Source: Podarcis gaigeae
Taxonomy: Eukaryota
Assembly: GCA_964106915.2 (NCBI GenBank)
Contig: OZ066925.1
DNA length: 64,000 nucleotides
Reading direction: 5' to 3' (one strand)
Shown here: positions 1 through 12,265 of the stretch, piece after piece
Layout: each line of letters opens with the position of its first letter
Position numbering within the stretch: the first letter of the stretch is position 1
Made by a program: the position numbers and the translations under genes
The notes under the pieces: model-generated
Seen by the model: the letters and a program-made list of their open reading frames with translations, nothing else
Told to the model about the DNA's origin: nothing
Databases searched by the model: none

Positions 1-636
1 CTCACAAAGACAGAGTGTGGTATGCAAAGCTACATAAGTGGATGACAGCTTGCTCAACGGGGCTGCCCTGCCCTGCCTTCTGCATCGCTTAAGCTACTTC
101 TAAAAAAGGCTTGGATTGATGCATCGGTTCTAAGCCAATGTTGGCATATTTTCCTTTCCAAATGAATTTACTAAACAGTTATTGTATGTAAGTCCTGCAA
201 TTCTAAACCATTATAAATTTTAATTATCCCCTTATTTAAACATTTTAACAGTATTTCATCAGAATGTCAATATTATAAAGTCTAATACCTAAATGTCTAA
301 CTCCAGTATTCCACTTAGCATATTTTTCCCTGTATAACACGACTCCATGAATAAGACAACCCCTGTTTTGGGGGTACTCTAATTTGTTTGATTTACACGA
401 CAGTAAGACAAATTGCCAGATTAATTTAATATTGTCATCAAATACAGCAGTGAAAGGTATGGGTTGCACATCTGCATGTAAATCTAGTTTTTATTAATAA
501 AAACCCACCTTCAGTCCTTCCCTGTGAACCGCTGTTGCCATTGTTTCAATATAGTTATTAAACATAAGAAGGGAGAGTGGACTACACTGGCTCAGTTTGC
601 ACATAATGCTAAGCCAAATCATGGCTAAGTGTCACC

Positions 637-1285
637 ATGTGGGGTGGTGCTGTGGTCTAAACCACTGAGCCTCTTGGGCTTGCTGATCAGAAGGTCAGCG
701 GTTCGAATCCGCACCATGGGGTGAGCTCCCGTTGCTCTGTCCCAGCTCCTGCCAACCTAGCAGTTTGAAAGCATGCCAGTGCAAGTAGATAAATATTTTT
801 TAAAAAAATTCTTTTTATTAGTTTTTGCTTAAGTGACCAAAAAGAAAAACAAAGACAGCACGAAAAACAAAAAACACAAAAAGAAAAACAGTTACAACCA
901 TTACATAAAACCCCACAAACACCAAAAGAAAATTAAATAAATTTCTGAGCATAACAGAAAAATAACGACCATTTCCTTTTACATTTCTTTGTTTTCTCGT
1001 TTATCTCTTTATATCTTTAAATACATTAATCATTCCTTTGTACACCTATTTGTAGATAAATAGGTACTGCTGTGGCAGGAATGTAAAAGGTGTTTCCATG
1101 CGCTCTGGTTTCTGTCACAGTGCTCCATTGCGCCAGAAGTGGTTTAATCATGCTGGCCACATGACCCGGAAAGCTGTCTGTGGACAAACACCGGCTCCCT
1201 TGGCCTGAAAGCAAGATGAGCACCACAACCCCACAGGTCGCCTTTGACTGGACTTAACTGTCCAGGAGTCCTTTACCTTTACCTT
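637..1285 (+). mobile_element. Sauria SINE (subfamily A type), interrupted by a 256-bp insertion at 796-1051
   Basis: tRNA-derived head (GGTGGTGCTGTGG...GGTTCGAATCC box B), body GCCAACCTAGCAGTTTGAAAGCA...GTAGATAAATAGGTAC, tail CCTTTACCTTTACC; aligns by eye with the other SINE copies in the window. Confidence 0.9.
796..1051 (-). mobile_element. Short non-LTR retroposed fragment (L1/Tx1-like 3' UTR) inserted in the SINE
   Basis: Flanked by 11-bp direct repeat GTAGATAAATA (785-795, 1052-1062), which is single-copy in intact SINEs. Minus strand is T-rich and ends in AATAAA (TTTATT at 814-819) plus a short A-rich tail. Confidence 0.6.
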
Positions 1286-4200
1286 ACTTAGAATAAAAAC
1301 CATAGCCACTTCTTTCCTGGTATCCTGCTGTTGCACTACCCAGCTGTTATGCCTGACCAGGCTCGTAGTTGGTTGTAACCTTCGTTTAAGGAACCGTTTG
1401 GCACCCAGCTTTGAGTTTCTAACACTGCTTGTAATGCAACCTTTGATTTGTTAGCTGTCTTTGTGTCCTGAGAGTTAAAGAGAATGTACTTATTTTGCTT
1501 GAGGTAAGTGATGGAAAGGGCAAATCTAGAGTCTAAATATCATAAAATTGTCTTGGTTTAAACTTCTTATAACCACGACATGCAAAAATAATGCCCACGA
1601 ATAAAAATGGAAGTTGCTGTACATAAAGGCTTCAGTAAAAATTTGGAGAAGACTCTGGACAACAGACAGTATTGCATTAATTCTCCATGCCTTGCCATGA
1701 AATCCTTATTTGTTCCAACTTTTCCAAAGAAATCTGGAGGGAGGTGGAACCAGGTTTTTAAAAGCCTTTTTCAAGTTTGCCAAAACAAACAAACCGCAAA
1801 ATAGTTGCTCTCCTCTTTAGGGGAGGGGGAGCCAGGGGGGTGTACAATACTTTAAGAAGTGTGTTTCTTTGTATGTTTATAACTGGCAGTAGAGAGCTTG
1901 CTCTAGAAGAGAAGCCTTCATTGTCTTAGATTGGAAATGGCATTTCTGAACTCAGGTGTGGTGCTTCTTGCTAGAGAGCATGGGATTTGCAGTTCCCAGA
2001 TGCAGTTTATAGAAGAACACAAATCCCATGTCCCTACAAGGAAGTGATGCTTCGGAGTACGTTCAAAAACAAAATTTCCAATATGTAGAGGCTAGCAAGG
2101 CCTGTTCTATTTCCAGCAATTGCTCTTTTTTAAAAGAAATCAAAACAAAAAATAGCATGTGTAAGTAAGGCCATAGCATGACATCGGGATGTGGGTGTGT
2201 AATTCCTCAAGGTTTGCAAAATGTGTTGGTATAAATGATGTATTATTAAAATGTTGCCTGGTTTCTGCTGAGATTTCACAACCTGTGACTCTAGTTTCTC
2301 ATATTAAAATTGGTTTAGATGATCAGACAAAAAAATTTTTGGTGCATGTTGTGGGCAGGAGGACTATACCTATATTGGATCATGACCAATACACTTAAGA
2401 TGATGTGACTTCTAGTTCATGGAAGAAGAATTTTAATCATCTGTATAATTTCACTACTCTTAGCTTCACAAATAGACTACTTGTGTTGGTAGTATTTTGT
2501 GGAACTAGCTGATGGTCCATTGCCAAAACTGACTAGATTCACAGATTCTGTTTCTGTATCCATTCTCATTTTGCTTACTTTTTCGCAGTGAAAGAATCTG
2601 TAACTATATTACTCCAATTTCTTGAGTTGTTGTTTCTGTCTTCCCAGGAACGCAATACGATTTTTAGCTGTATTTTAACTTTGAATATTTCATCAAGGCT
2701 GAGCGATGATGATAGCTCGAGTGGATTGTTTTCATTTCCACTTAGTTGTAAAGCTGCTTTGATATGATGCAGCATCGGAAGTCTTTTGTATTTTTTTCAT
2801 TATTAAAAACAAGACGTAAACAATCCCCTGAGCAAACATGAACTCTGCTAATCTAAATACAATGAATAAACAATAGGAACTTCTCAGCAGGGTTTGCCAA
2901 ATAAAATAATGGAACTATAGATAAAAATGTTTAGAAAAAGCTGTATAAAACAATATAATTGAAGTATAGTCAGCTGAATTAACAAATTTCTGATAGAGCT
3001 AGCTTGGAGTTTCTTAAAGAAATCTGAAGAAGCCTACAATAGCCAGCTGCATAATCATATGCAGGCTCTGAATATGACAGATCTGAACTACTTTGTGCAT
3101 TTCTTGGAACATGCAGTGGGCTGTTGTTAATTCATGTGCCCCTTCCATGCCTCCACCGCACATTTGGAGAGAAGATTACACTGAGGTACTGCCATTGAAA
3201 TTGAGTGCCTGTTCTGGTGTGTTAGTGGTTGGTTGCTTCCATTCCTCATCAAAAGGGATGCATGGCCATGCCCTTCATGTTAATAACGTAAGGGAATTCT
3301 CCTTTGTTCAGTTTCTGCATTCACAGCAGCCCTGTTGGTTTAAACAAGTTGGCCCTGAGTGACCTTTATTGTAATGCTTTTAATAAGTGAAATCTTTTCT
3401 TCTAAGTGATGAAATAAAAAGGAGTTCTGTATATACAAATAAGTGAGTTTCAGCCTATGCTTGTCTACAAGGATTTAAGAAGTGGCACATAGGAAGAAAA
3501 ATATACATACTTGCTTTCCTGGTTTCCTGTTGTGCTGCTAAGTATTTAGATAACTTTTTACTACAGAGTTAAAAAACTCTGAAATGTTTGATATTAAAAC
3601 CTTCAACCTTCGCATACTATAACGTGGGTTATGCATTATGCTATTAATAATGTTGTCTAATTATGAATAGTTGTTTGCGAGGGACTGATTTTGGAAAATA
3701 ATTTGCTTTTATACATTGCTAACAAAGTTGCAAACTTGAAAATAGTGCTGTGCCAGAAATGTGAATCAAAGGTTGTTGTTATTCTTGGGTATCATTCTAT
3801 GTGCATTACAGTGTATTTGTTTTAATTATACATTTGTGGCTTTGCAGGCTTATTCAAGCATCTAATTGGCTACAGCTTTGCATTATATCAAAATACATGC
3901 CAAATGTTTCTTAATTACAATTAAGTTATCTACATGAAATTATCTTTGTTTTCAATTTCTTCAGTTGTCGGTTTACTTTTTACCTTGTTTATATGCTCTT
4001 TTCCCAAACAGCTTTTATGAGTTCCTGAGTTTATTTTTGTTTCAAAGATACAGAATTGGATTAAGCTGTCTTTAAAAATGCTTCCATGTTGCTTGGCAGG
4101 AAGCCAGTTACTATATTGTATATCAATTTAACTAAAACCATACACCATACACAGCAGGTTATTTTTATACTATTAACTAAGGTCAATCCAGAAACCTATA

Positions 4201-4410
4201 TTTCCTCTGATTTAACCATAATAAATAATGAGCAAAAAGTGTGTGATTGTTTGTGCATGCTGGAGGATGAGCTATCCATAACTTCCCAATTTAACCAGTG
4301 CTCTGCACACAAGCACCATTTAGGTGACCTCTTATAATTTTGGGATTGCTTCTAGAGATCCAGATGACTGATAAATATGTGGTCTTTGCTTTTACCTCCT
4401 GGTATTTATT

Positions 4411-5816
4411 TAGTGCTACACTCAATATGCCAGCAAGTTTGGAAAACTCAGCAGTGGCCAGAAGATTGGAGAAGATCAGTCTACATCCCAATGCCAAAGA
4501 AGGGCAGTGCCAAAGAATGCTCCAACTACCGCACAATTGCACTCATTTCACACGCTAGCAAGGTTATGCTTAAAATTCTACAAGGAAGGCTCAAGCAGTA
4601 TGTGGACCGAGAACTCCCAGAAGTGCAAGCTGGATTTAGAAGAGGCAGAGGAACCAGAGACCAAATTGCAAACATGCGCTGGATTATGGAGAAAGCTAGA
4701 GAGTTCCAGAAAGACATCTACTTCTGCTTCATTGACTATGCAAAAGCTTTTGACTGTGTCGACCACGGCAAACTATGGCAAGTTCTTAAAGAAATGGGAG
4801 TGCCAGATCACCTCGTCTGTCTCCTGAGAAATCTCTATGTGGGACAAGAAGCTACAGTTAGAACTGGATATGGAACAACTGATTGGTTCAAAATTGGGAA
4901 AGGAGTACGACAAGGCTGTATTTTGTCTCCCTGCTTATTTAACTTATATGCAGAATTCATCATGCGAAAGGCTGGACTGGATGAATCCCTAGCCGGAATT
5001 AAGATTGCCGGAAGAAATATCAACAACCTCAGATATGCAGATGACACAACCTTGATGGCAGAAAGTGAGGAGGAATTAAAGAACCTTTTAATGAGGGTGA
5101 AAGAGGAGAGCGCAAAATATGGCCTGAAGCTCAACATCAAAAAAACGAAGATCATGGCCACTGGTCCCATCACCTCCTGGCAAATAGAAGGAGAAGAAAT
5201 GGAGGTAGTGAGAGATTTTACTTTCTTGGGCTCAATGATCACTGCAGATGGTGACAGCAGCCACGAAATTAAAAGACGCCTGCTTCTTGGGAGAAGGGCA
5301 ATGACAGGCCTAGACAGCATCTTGAGAAGTAGAGACATCACCTTGCCAACAAAGGTTCGTATAGTTAAAGCTATGGTTTTCCCAGTAGTGATGTATGGAA
5401 GTGAGAGCTGGACCATAAAGAAGGCTGATCGCCGAAGAATTGATGCTTTTGAATTATGGTGCTGGAGGAGACTCTTGAGAGTCCCATGGACTGCAAGAAG
5501 ATCAAACCTCTCCATACTGAAGGAAATCAACCCTGAGTGCTCACTGGAAGGACAGATTGTGAAGCTGAGGCTCCAGTACTTTGGCCACCTCATGAGAAGA
5601 GAAGACTCCCTGGAGAAGACCCTGATGTTGGGAAAGATGGAGGGCACAAGGAGAAGGGGACGGCAGAGGACGAGATGGTTGGATAGTGTTTTCGAGGTTA
5701 CCAGCATGAGTTTGAGCAAACTGCGGGAGGCAGTGGAGGACAGAGGTGCCTGGCGTTCTCTGGTCCATGGGGTCACGAAGAGTCGGACACGACTAAACGA
5801 CTAAACAACAACAACA
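4411..5816 (+). mobile_element. BovB (RTE clade) LINE, 5'-truncated
   Basis: RT motifs QAGFR, FIDYAKAFD, GVRQGCILSP, LRYADD; C-terminus VHGVTKSRTRLND; (CAA)n tail 5805-5816; 7-bp TSD ATTTATT at 4404-4410 and 5817-5823. Confidence 0.95.
4413..5804 (+). CDS. BovB reverse transcriptase (C-terminal 463 aa; endonuclease domain missing through 5' truncation)
   Basis: Open frame from VLHSICQQVWK to stop with no disruption. The first 12 aa of the ORF-track call come from flanking DNA. Confidence 0.9.
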   Translation: MLHSICQQVWKTQQWPEDWRRSVYIPMPKKGSAKECSNYRTIALISHASKVMLKILQGRLKQYVDRELPEVQAGFRRGRGTRDQIANMRWIMEKAREFQKDIYFCFIDYAKAFDCVDHGKLWQVLKEMGVPDHLVCLLRNLYVGQEATVRTGYGTTDWFKIGKGVRQGCILSPCLFNLYAEFIMRKAGLDESLAGIKIAGRNINNLRYADDTTLMAESEEELKNLLMRVKEESAKYGLKLNIKKTKIMATGPITSWQIEGEEMEVVRDFTFLGSMITADGDSSHEIKRRLLLGRRAMTGLDSILRSRDITLPTKVRIVKAMVFPVVMYGSESWTIKKADRRRIDAFELWCWRRLLRVPWTARRSNLSILKEINPECSLEGQIVKLRLQYFGHLMRREDSLEKTLMLGKMEGTRRRGRQRTRWLDSVFEVTSMSLSKLREAVEDRGAWRSLVHGVTKSRTRLND

Positions 5817-6543
5817 ATTTATTGCTTGAAGTATTCAGCTTTGCTTTTGGAATAAAAACAGAGTTTTGGTTTTGTCCTCACAGCAGGGATTAGTTGGCAT
5901 AGATAACAGTGCTACTCAAAACTTAGATGTTACTTTTTTATGAAGTGAGCTATGGATTCTTCTACTTTGTGTGCTTCTGTCTGGCACTTATTCTTGAGCA
6001 GAAGTAGCTACTTAGTCTGCTTCTGTGTAAATAAAGCCTAAAAGAGAGAAGAAGATGAATGCTTTATGCTTCATAAGGGGAAAAAATGCAAGGAGGCCAT
6101 TGTTTTTGCTTAGTAGAGAATTCATTGCCAGCAGTGATTGAAAATGTGTCCCCAACTGTGTGATCTAGATAATGGATGCACATGTGTTGTGGAGCCTCAT
6201 GCAGTTGGCAACAGTCTCATAATAAAAGGGCCACAATTTTATCTATTTCTATAGTCAAGTCAGATGAAAATGGAGTGCAGTGGGGAGAGATGGTCTGTTA
6301 TATAAGGGGTCACCAAACATGAGGTACAGTACTAGCTTTCCCTGCAGAAATTGCTCTCAGGTAGACTGCTCGTACCTGATTACCCTACCTAAGGGGACAG
6401 CTTGTGCAGGACCCCAGGTTCAGCAAATGTAAATCCTTCTTTATAGTTGCCCAGAATCTTCAGGGTAGCTCAGCTTTGCCTGCAATGATTCAGTTTGCAA
6501 TCACCTCCCTTGCTCTGAGCAGATCCTTATCCTGGGTCTAGCA

Positions 6544-6802
6544 CAGGGGTCAGCAACCTAAGGCCCATGGGCGAGAAGCAGCGCGTGTAGGTCATCTGAC
6601 TGGCCCACGAGCCTCCCCCAAACTGAGTTGCTGCTTGTGCACTGCGCTAAATGAGCACAGCGGGGGGACACGCTTCCGTGGCGCCGAAAATAGCATCTGT
6701 GCAGACGCCGAAAATCACGGGCACACGCACTTACACACACACATGATCTGGCCCATGGCGGGACCAATCCTGCCCAGGCAAGATAAACCTTGCTGACCCC
6801 TG
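6544..6802. mobile_element. Non-autonomous hAT (Charlie-like) MITE
   Basis: TIRs CAGGGGTCAGCAA / TTGCTGACCCCTG; imperfect TSD sharing TCTAGCA. Confidence 0.75.
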
Positions 6803-8528
6803 GATTCTAGCACTTCTTCCTGAAGCTTAGATGAGATAGAATCTTCTCCCTTCTCCTCCCTATTCCATCCAGCATCAAAGCTGTGACAGGTTAACCAGGA
6901 AGGGTCTACTGGGCTATATTGTAGTTTCACAGATGATACCCCAAAAGAGGTGAAAACATGCTTCTTCTCAGTCAGTTGATATGGCCTGTAAAAGAGAAAC
7001 AATTTATAATCTAAGGGTAACCTTATATTCAAGTGAGAGTGCTTGGGACACACTGTTCATGCAGCCCCGATAGAGGCAAGTCCACATATGCATAGGCTTT
7101 GCAGAATCTTGTAAGAACAGAAATTCTGTGTCTTGTGAAATTCCAGCCTACTGTGTTCTCACAGTAACAGGCTATCCCTGGAACTGAGAGAGCCCCACCT
7201 GGCTGCCAGGGTAAAATCAGAGAGAGACCGTCATAGCGTTTAAGACAAAGACCTCATAATAATTCATTGTTACAATAATTCATTGTCTGTAGTGTACTTT
7301 TGCCATAATTACCTGCGTGTGGCTTCTGGACTGTGTGCTGTGAAAAGGTTCCAAAAGGCATATTTCATTTTAAACAGCATAAAGATTATAGTCTGTCCAC
7401 TCTTGCATGTAAATACAAGGCAGTCTTTCCAAGTAGTCCTCTCACAAGTACCACATCATAAGCTGAGTTGCAAATTCCCCTGAATTTAAAGTAGCTTTGA
7501 TGTAGCCAAGGAAGCTGCTGCTGATGGAGGGGCCAACAGAAAGACACCCCCACTGTGTGTGTGAATTTCATAGCCTTTGTGAATGATACTTGCTGTAAAC
7601 AAGAAGTCTTAAGGATTTATTCTTGCAACAAAAGGGTATAGCAGTTCCAGAAAACACAGCCTGTACCCTCCTTAAGTTGCATCAGTTTGTCGTAAGATGC
7701 TAGCACCATATATAGGGTTCAGCACAGATTCTTCTAACATCTGTCTTGAAACACTCGCATGAGCTGCATAATTTGATGGGTTTATTGTTTAGGATACATA
7801 CAGAATGCTTGCTCTTGAAAAGTAATCTCTAATTTAAAGTGTGTGTGTCTTACCTTAAATAGTTGCATTCTTGCTGTTTCAGTTCATTAGGTTAACTATA
7901 GATGATTTTTAAAAGCATCCTGATTCTAGTGTGGTTCATAGGATCTCAATTAGTCTTGCTGGTCTTACGTAGCTAGTCTGACATTGGCAGTTCCTGGTGT
8001 GAGCTAAAAACAGAGTTTTCTTTAATTAGCTGATTAATTGAATAGCATACAGTGTGACCTCAACAGCATTTGGTGAGAGAGGGGGTCTGTAGGGGTCTTG
8101 CTGCAACAGGAGTCCCATGAGTATGTTTGTTTGATTCATTGCTATGCGGCATCATTTCCATCTAAGGGGAGAGAGGAGCATAAGCTGTGACATCGGAAAG
8201 GGCATTTTACTTGGCTGATTGGAGTCTCAGCCTGTTGAAACATTACCCACTAGCAGAGGGTGATGGTTATTTTTCTAAGCTGCCTCATGGCCCAACTTTT
8301 CTTAACCCAAGACACTGATGGAAGTCCCTTCAGCATCAAAATCAAATAACGTAGACAGCTTTGCGGGGGGGGGGGGACCCCAGTATAATTAGTTCTCTGT
8401 CTTGATTGGTGTTTTTCGGAAAATAAAATAGCATCTGTCTCTTTATTTTTAGAAGGGGTTTGCTTTCCTGCCATATCTCATTCACAGAAATGTCTTGTTA
8501 ATTGCAACAGGCACTGAGAAACACATTG

Positions 8529-8533
<5 letters not shown>

Positions 8534-8561
<28 letters not shown>
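8534..8561. repeat. (AC)n microsatellite
   Basis: Direct inspection. Confidence 0.95.
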
Positions 8562-8564
<3 letters not shown>

Positions 8565-9811
8565 TGTAAACATTTTCACAGCTGCTTTTGTTATTGCAAG
8601 CCTAAAGATATATATTTTATAAAAGAAATTAAAAGATTTATCTTTCTCTAACTTTATTCCTTCCCTGTTTACAAAGGATGAAGGCATCTGCGCAATGTGA
8701 CCATCAAATATACAGTGACTCACTTCTAAAGTGTGTGTGTATATATGAGCATGTGTGTATATAAACTACACACACTTAATTTGATGTACATTTCTCAGAA
8801 GAGATGGGAAAAAAAGTTACACACTTGTTAATAATGAGGATTGAGTGGGCAGACAACAGTTTCAGTTCTCATTGAAAATTGGCTTTTGTATCTATCTACA
8901 CGGTGCTCTCTTCTCACCAATAGAACACTGCTATTAAAATTACATAACATGTACAATTACCACTTCTGTTACTTTGAGTCTCAGAGCAACTTCTCATAGC
9001 TGATTATTTTCTTGTATCGATACATCATTTCTGTATCATGTGAGTTTCCACATGAACACATTTTACCAGTACACATCTGTATAACAGATGTATTTGGCTT
9101 GTAACAAAACAGATAAATGTGAAGTTGTGTACATTCACCTTCACACAGGAAAGTAGTATTTGTAGGACATCCATCATGCATGAAGCAGTCAGTATTTTAT
9201 TTGCTAAACCAAATGTTGTGGGTTAAAAAAAACCAGGAAGATAAAATCCAACTAAAATTCAGCACAAAAATCCAAGATGTATGATTCAACTACATGAAAG
9301 CATGGCATCATTCAGTACAGAATAGCTTTATACCAAGTGATACTTTGCAGGATATAGCAATTGATCTAACTTATATGTACTTAAATTTCTCACTTATCAC
9401 TATGTTCAAAGCTACTTTATAAGTAACATTTATCAATTTTAATCTGTTTTAGTATTTTAACTTTTGTATGTTTAAAAGTATGTTTATGAATTCTTCTTCC
9501 TTTTATTGCTTTGTAAATTGCTTTGAATGCTTTTGTAAACTGCTTTGAATTTTTTTTTTTTTTACAGTCAAGCAGTATATTAATTTTATGAAATAAATAA
9601 ATAAATGCCAGCAAATAATTCTGGTGAAGATATGCTAACCTAGAAAAATTCTTAAATAAGGAGTTGATCCTGAAAGATTATATATTTATAATTGCATTTT
9701 TATCCTGCCCTTCTTTGCAGAAGAGCCCTGGATGCAAACCAGCACAAAATAGTACTTCCCTAAACTTTGCTCATGTCAGAGGTTGATTTCCAGAAAGACA
9801 ACAGTATATAG

Positions 9812-10179
9812 CAGGAATGGGGAAACCTCTAGCCCACAGGTCAAACTTGGCCTACCAGGGGTTCAAATTTGGCCTGTGAGTTAATTTTCCCCAGACTCTT
9901 GCCACCTGGTGTCCTGTGATGTTACGTATAGCAGGTATAGGTGTGGCTGCCAGGTCACAATCAGGAAAAGTGTCTCCCAATTGTGCGAGCTCCTTTATGT
10001 GCCCAATGGTTAGGCTGCACCCAATGGTTAGGTCCTTCCTTCAGGACTTAAAAACACATAGTCACCTGATGTCAGGTGATTAACAGGTGGGTGGGGGTAC
10101 TTACCTGTCAAATTTAGTCCACAAGGATATATCCTAATAAGGATCTAGCCTGCAGAGCCAAAAAGGTTCCCTATGTCTA
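9812..10179. mobile_element. Old hAT-Charlie-like MITE
   Basis: Ends CAGGAATGGGGAAACCT... / ...AAAAAGGTTCCCTATGTCT, degenerate TIRs. Confidence 0.45.
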
Positions 10180-11052
10180 GTTTATAGAGCAGGTATTCTA
10201 TTCTAGATTTGGGGTTTTAGGGGTTTCAGATTTCACAAAATTGAGGTTTCTAGAGATACTCGTTCTGTGAAGCTATAATATTGGAATATATTTTTTGAAT
10301 AGCTATTACACAGTCTTTTGCAATTTGACCTAATACATGATTAAAGCTTTGTTTCCTAGCACTAATTAAGGGAAGTCTTTCTTCAGCCAGTAAAATGGTA
10401 TACTATTAGGTAGCTGATGAAATCACCTCTAATAGGTTTCTGAGCATTCAGTAAGGAATTAAATACTCTTCCAACCAAGGACTGATAAGTGGTGTGCTAG
10501 GAGGATTCAAGAAATATTCCCATATAAGAAAAAGCCGTCGATGGCAGGGCATCACTTATTCAGACTTACTAAATGCTCAAATAGCTTTCCCAACAGTATT
10601 GGGAATGCATAGACCTCACACAAGGAGATAAAAAAATTTCTTTTAAACCTCTGGCCAAGAAACACAGAAGTTTGTACTTCCCAGCCGTTAATGCTTTTGT
10701 ATGTACTTGTAAGTTCACTGGTTTTTGAGGTGGTATAATAAAGCTTTGGCATCACTATCCCCCAACAAACATGGAAAAAGGCCAAATTGTAATTGCTAGT
10801 GCAAGTTCCATAATCAACCATGTACAGTTTGTTTCTCGGAATTGGACCAGTGTTTCAAAGAGAGCATGCAGAGATGATTAGCAAATAACACAGCACTACT
10901 GTGATATGAAGCTACTCTGCTATAGAAATGTTATAGTGGAGTTATTCATCTGAGTACTTAAATGCATGCTTACATTTTTCTTATCATAATGAGCACCAGT
11001 AATGTTTAATTTTAGTAGCCATTTGAACTGAAATGCTGTAAAGGAAGCAATT

Positions 11053-11055
<3 letters not shown>

Positions 11056-11090
<35 letters not shown>

Positions 11091-11100
11091 CGTGCGTGTG
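11056..11100. repeat. (TG)n/(TGCG)n microsatellite
   Basis: Direct inspection. Confidence 0.95.
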
Positions 11101-11644
11101 CATGGTATGTTATACAGGTATAATGAAAGCCATCTGGTATTTGCTTTCAGATTGCTTAGAGCTTTATGCAAATGTGAAATACTGTGAAGAACTGAAATTC
11201 TTCTTTGGAGATTTGCCTTAACAGTTTGTCAAGTACGTGTTTTAGTTATGATCCACAGTGCTACACTGCACCAGTTACAGTCTACTGACTTTGGAATACT
11301 CTTTATAAAAAAAACTAAAAAAAACCCACAACCTGTTTGTTGACAAGGCAAATAGTAGTCTGAGAGCACCTGATCCAGGAGTGCTGTTGAAGCTAAATGG
11401 TCATGTCAGCTTCCTTTGAGCTGTTCATGGGAACTACAGGTAAACCAGAGCTGAACAGTTGAACAATGTGATACACAAAGAGTGCCAAATACAGTATACA
11501 GAGTCAGAACTAATTAATCCCAGGTGTCTCCTTTCTCTCTCCAAAAAGACTGGTTAGAGCAGGTATTTAAAGCTGGTGTTCCTAGTTCCTGAAGCTCAAT
11601 GTGAAAAAGTGAACTATCTTCCTTTTTCTTTTTCTTTTTTGGTG

Positions 11645-12231
11645 AATTACTGACACCACAGATGAATTACTGACACCATCCAGTAGCCAATCCATGGTGG
11701 CACCTCCGGACGCTGCACCCCCCTGCAATCCCTACACAGATCTGGCTGACACAAGCCACAAAACCACAGCTCGCCCCTATACACGAAGCCAAGCCAAAGC
11801 ACAACTAAGTGCAATACAGCCATCTTCTCAGGAAAACTCTTCACAAAGTTCAAGAGGTCAAGACACAAAGACTTTAGCAACTAATCCACACCTAATGACC
11901 CACCTAAGTGGTACTCAGGATATCACTCAAGAAATCACTCAAGGTATCTCTCAAGTAATTAAGGAACAAAAGAAGAAAAGGCACACTAGCCTGGGAACTT
12001 CCTCTCTGCCCAGAACATTGGAGGCTAGACACCACACCCCCTCTACAGTATTTATAGGAACTCAAACATTGAGATCCCGCTCTGTTCCAGTAACAAGAAG
12101 CCGAAAGCACCAGCCTGAAGATGACGAGTGAGACCTCGTCGAAACGTCGCCTAGACACCCCAACTTTTACACGGGAAGACACCCGAGGACACCAAAACCT
12201 GCATTCCTGTACCCGTGAAAATCTACGAAAG

Positions 12232-12234
<3 letters not shown>
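11645..12234 (+). mobile_element. Penelope-like element (PLE) 3' end / pseudo-LTR
   Basis: C/A-rich segment with low-complexity T/S/Q/P reading frame ending PEDDE, TATA-like TATTTATA near 12049, minimal hammerhead motif at 12113-12150, abuts (AT)n. Confidence 0.7.
12113..12150 (+). ncRNA. Minimal type I hammerhead ribozyme motif
   Basis: CTGAAGA (12115-12121), T, helix II GACGAG/CTCGTC, GAAA (12141-12144), palindromic ACGT helix III, GTC cleavage triplet (12146-12148), 2-bp helix I GC/GC. Confidence 0.75.

Positions 12235-12262
<28 letters not shown>
12235..12262. repeat. (AT)n microsatellite
   Basis: Direct inspection. Confidence 0.95.

Positions 12263-12265
<3 letters not shown>

Noticed and set aside
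1944-2068. Hairpin (CATGGGATTTG / CAAATCCCATG) as a pre-miRNA
   Set aside because: Large loop and degenerate outer arms fit an old palindromic MITE; no expression evidence
2575-2853. Minus-strand exon (GTAAG donor at ~2578, acceptor at ~2853)
   Set aside because: All three frames contain stops over that span; peptide not recognised; more likely non-coding
4835-5776. 313-aa antisense ORF
   Set aside because: Lies wholly opposite the BovB RT frame; no recognisable domain; best explained as a codon-bias shadow
11694-12131. 145-aa ORF as a host gene
   Set aside because: Low-complexity and contained in the Penelope-like fragment
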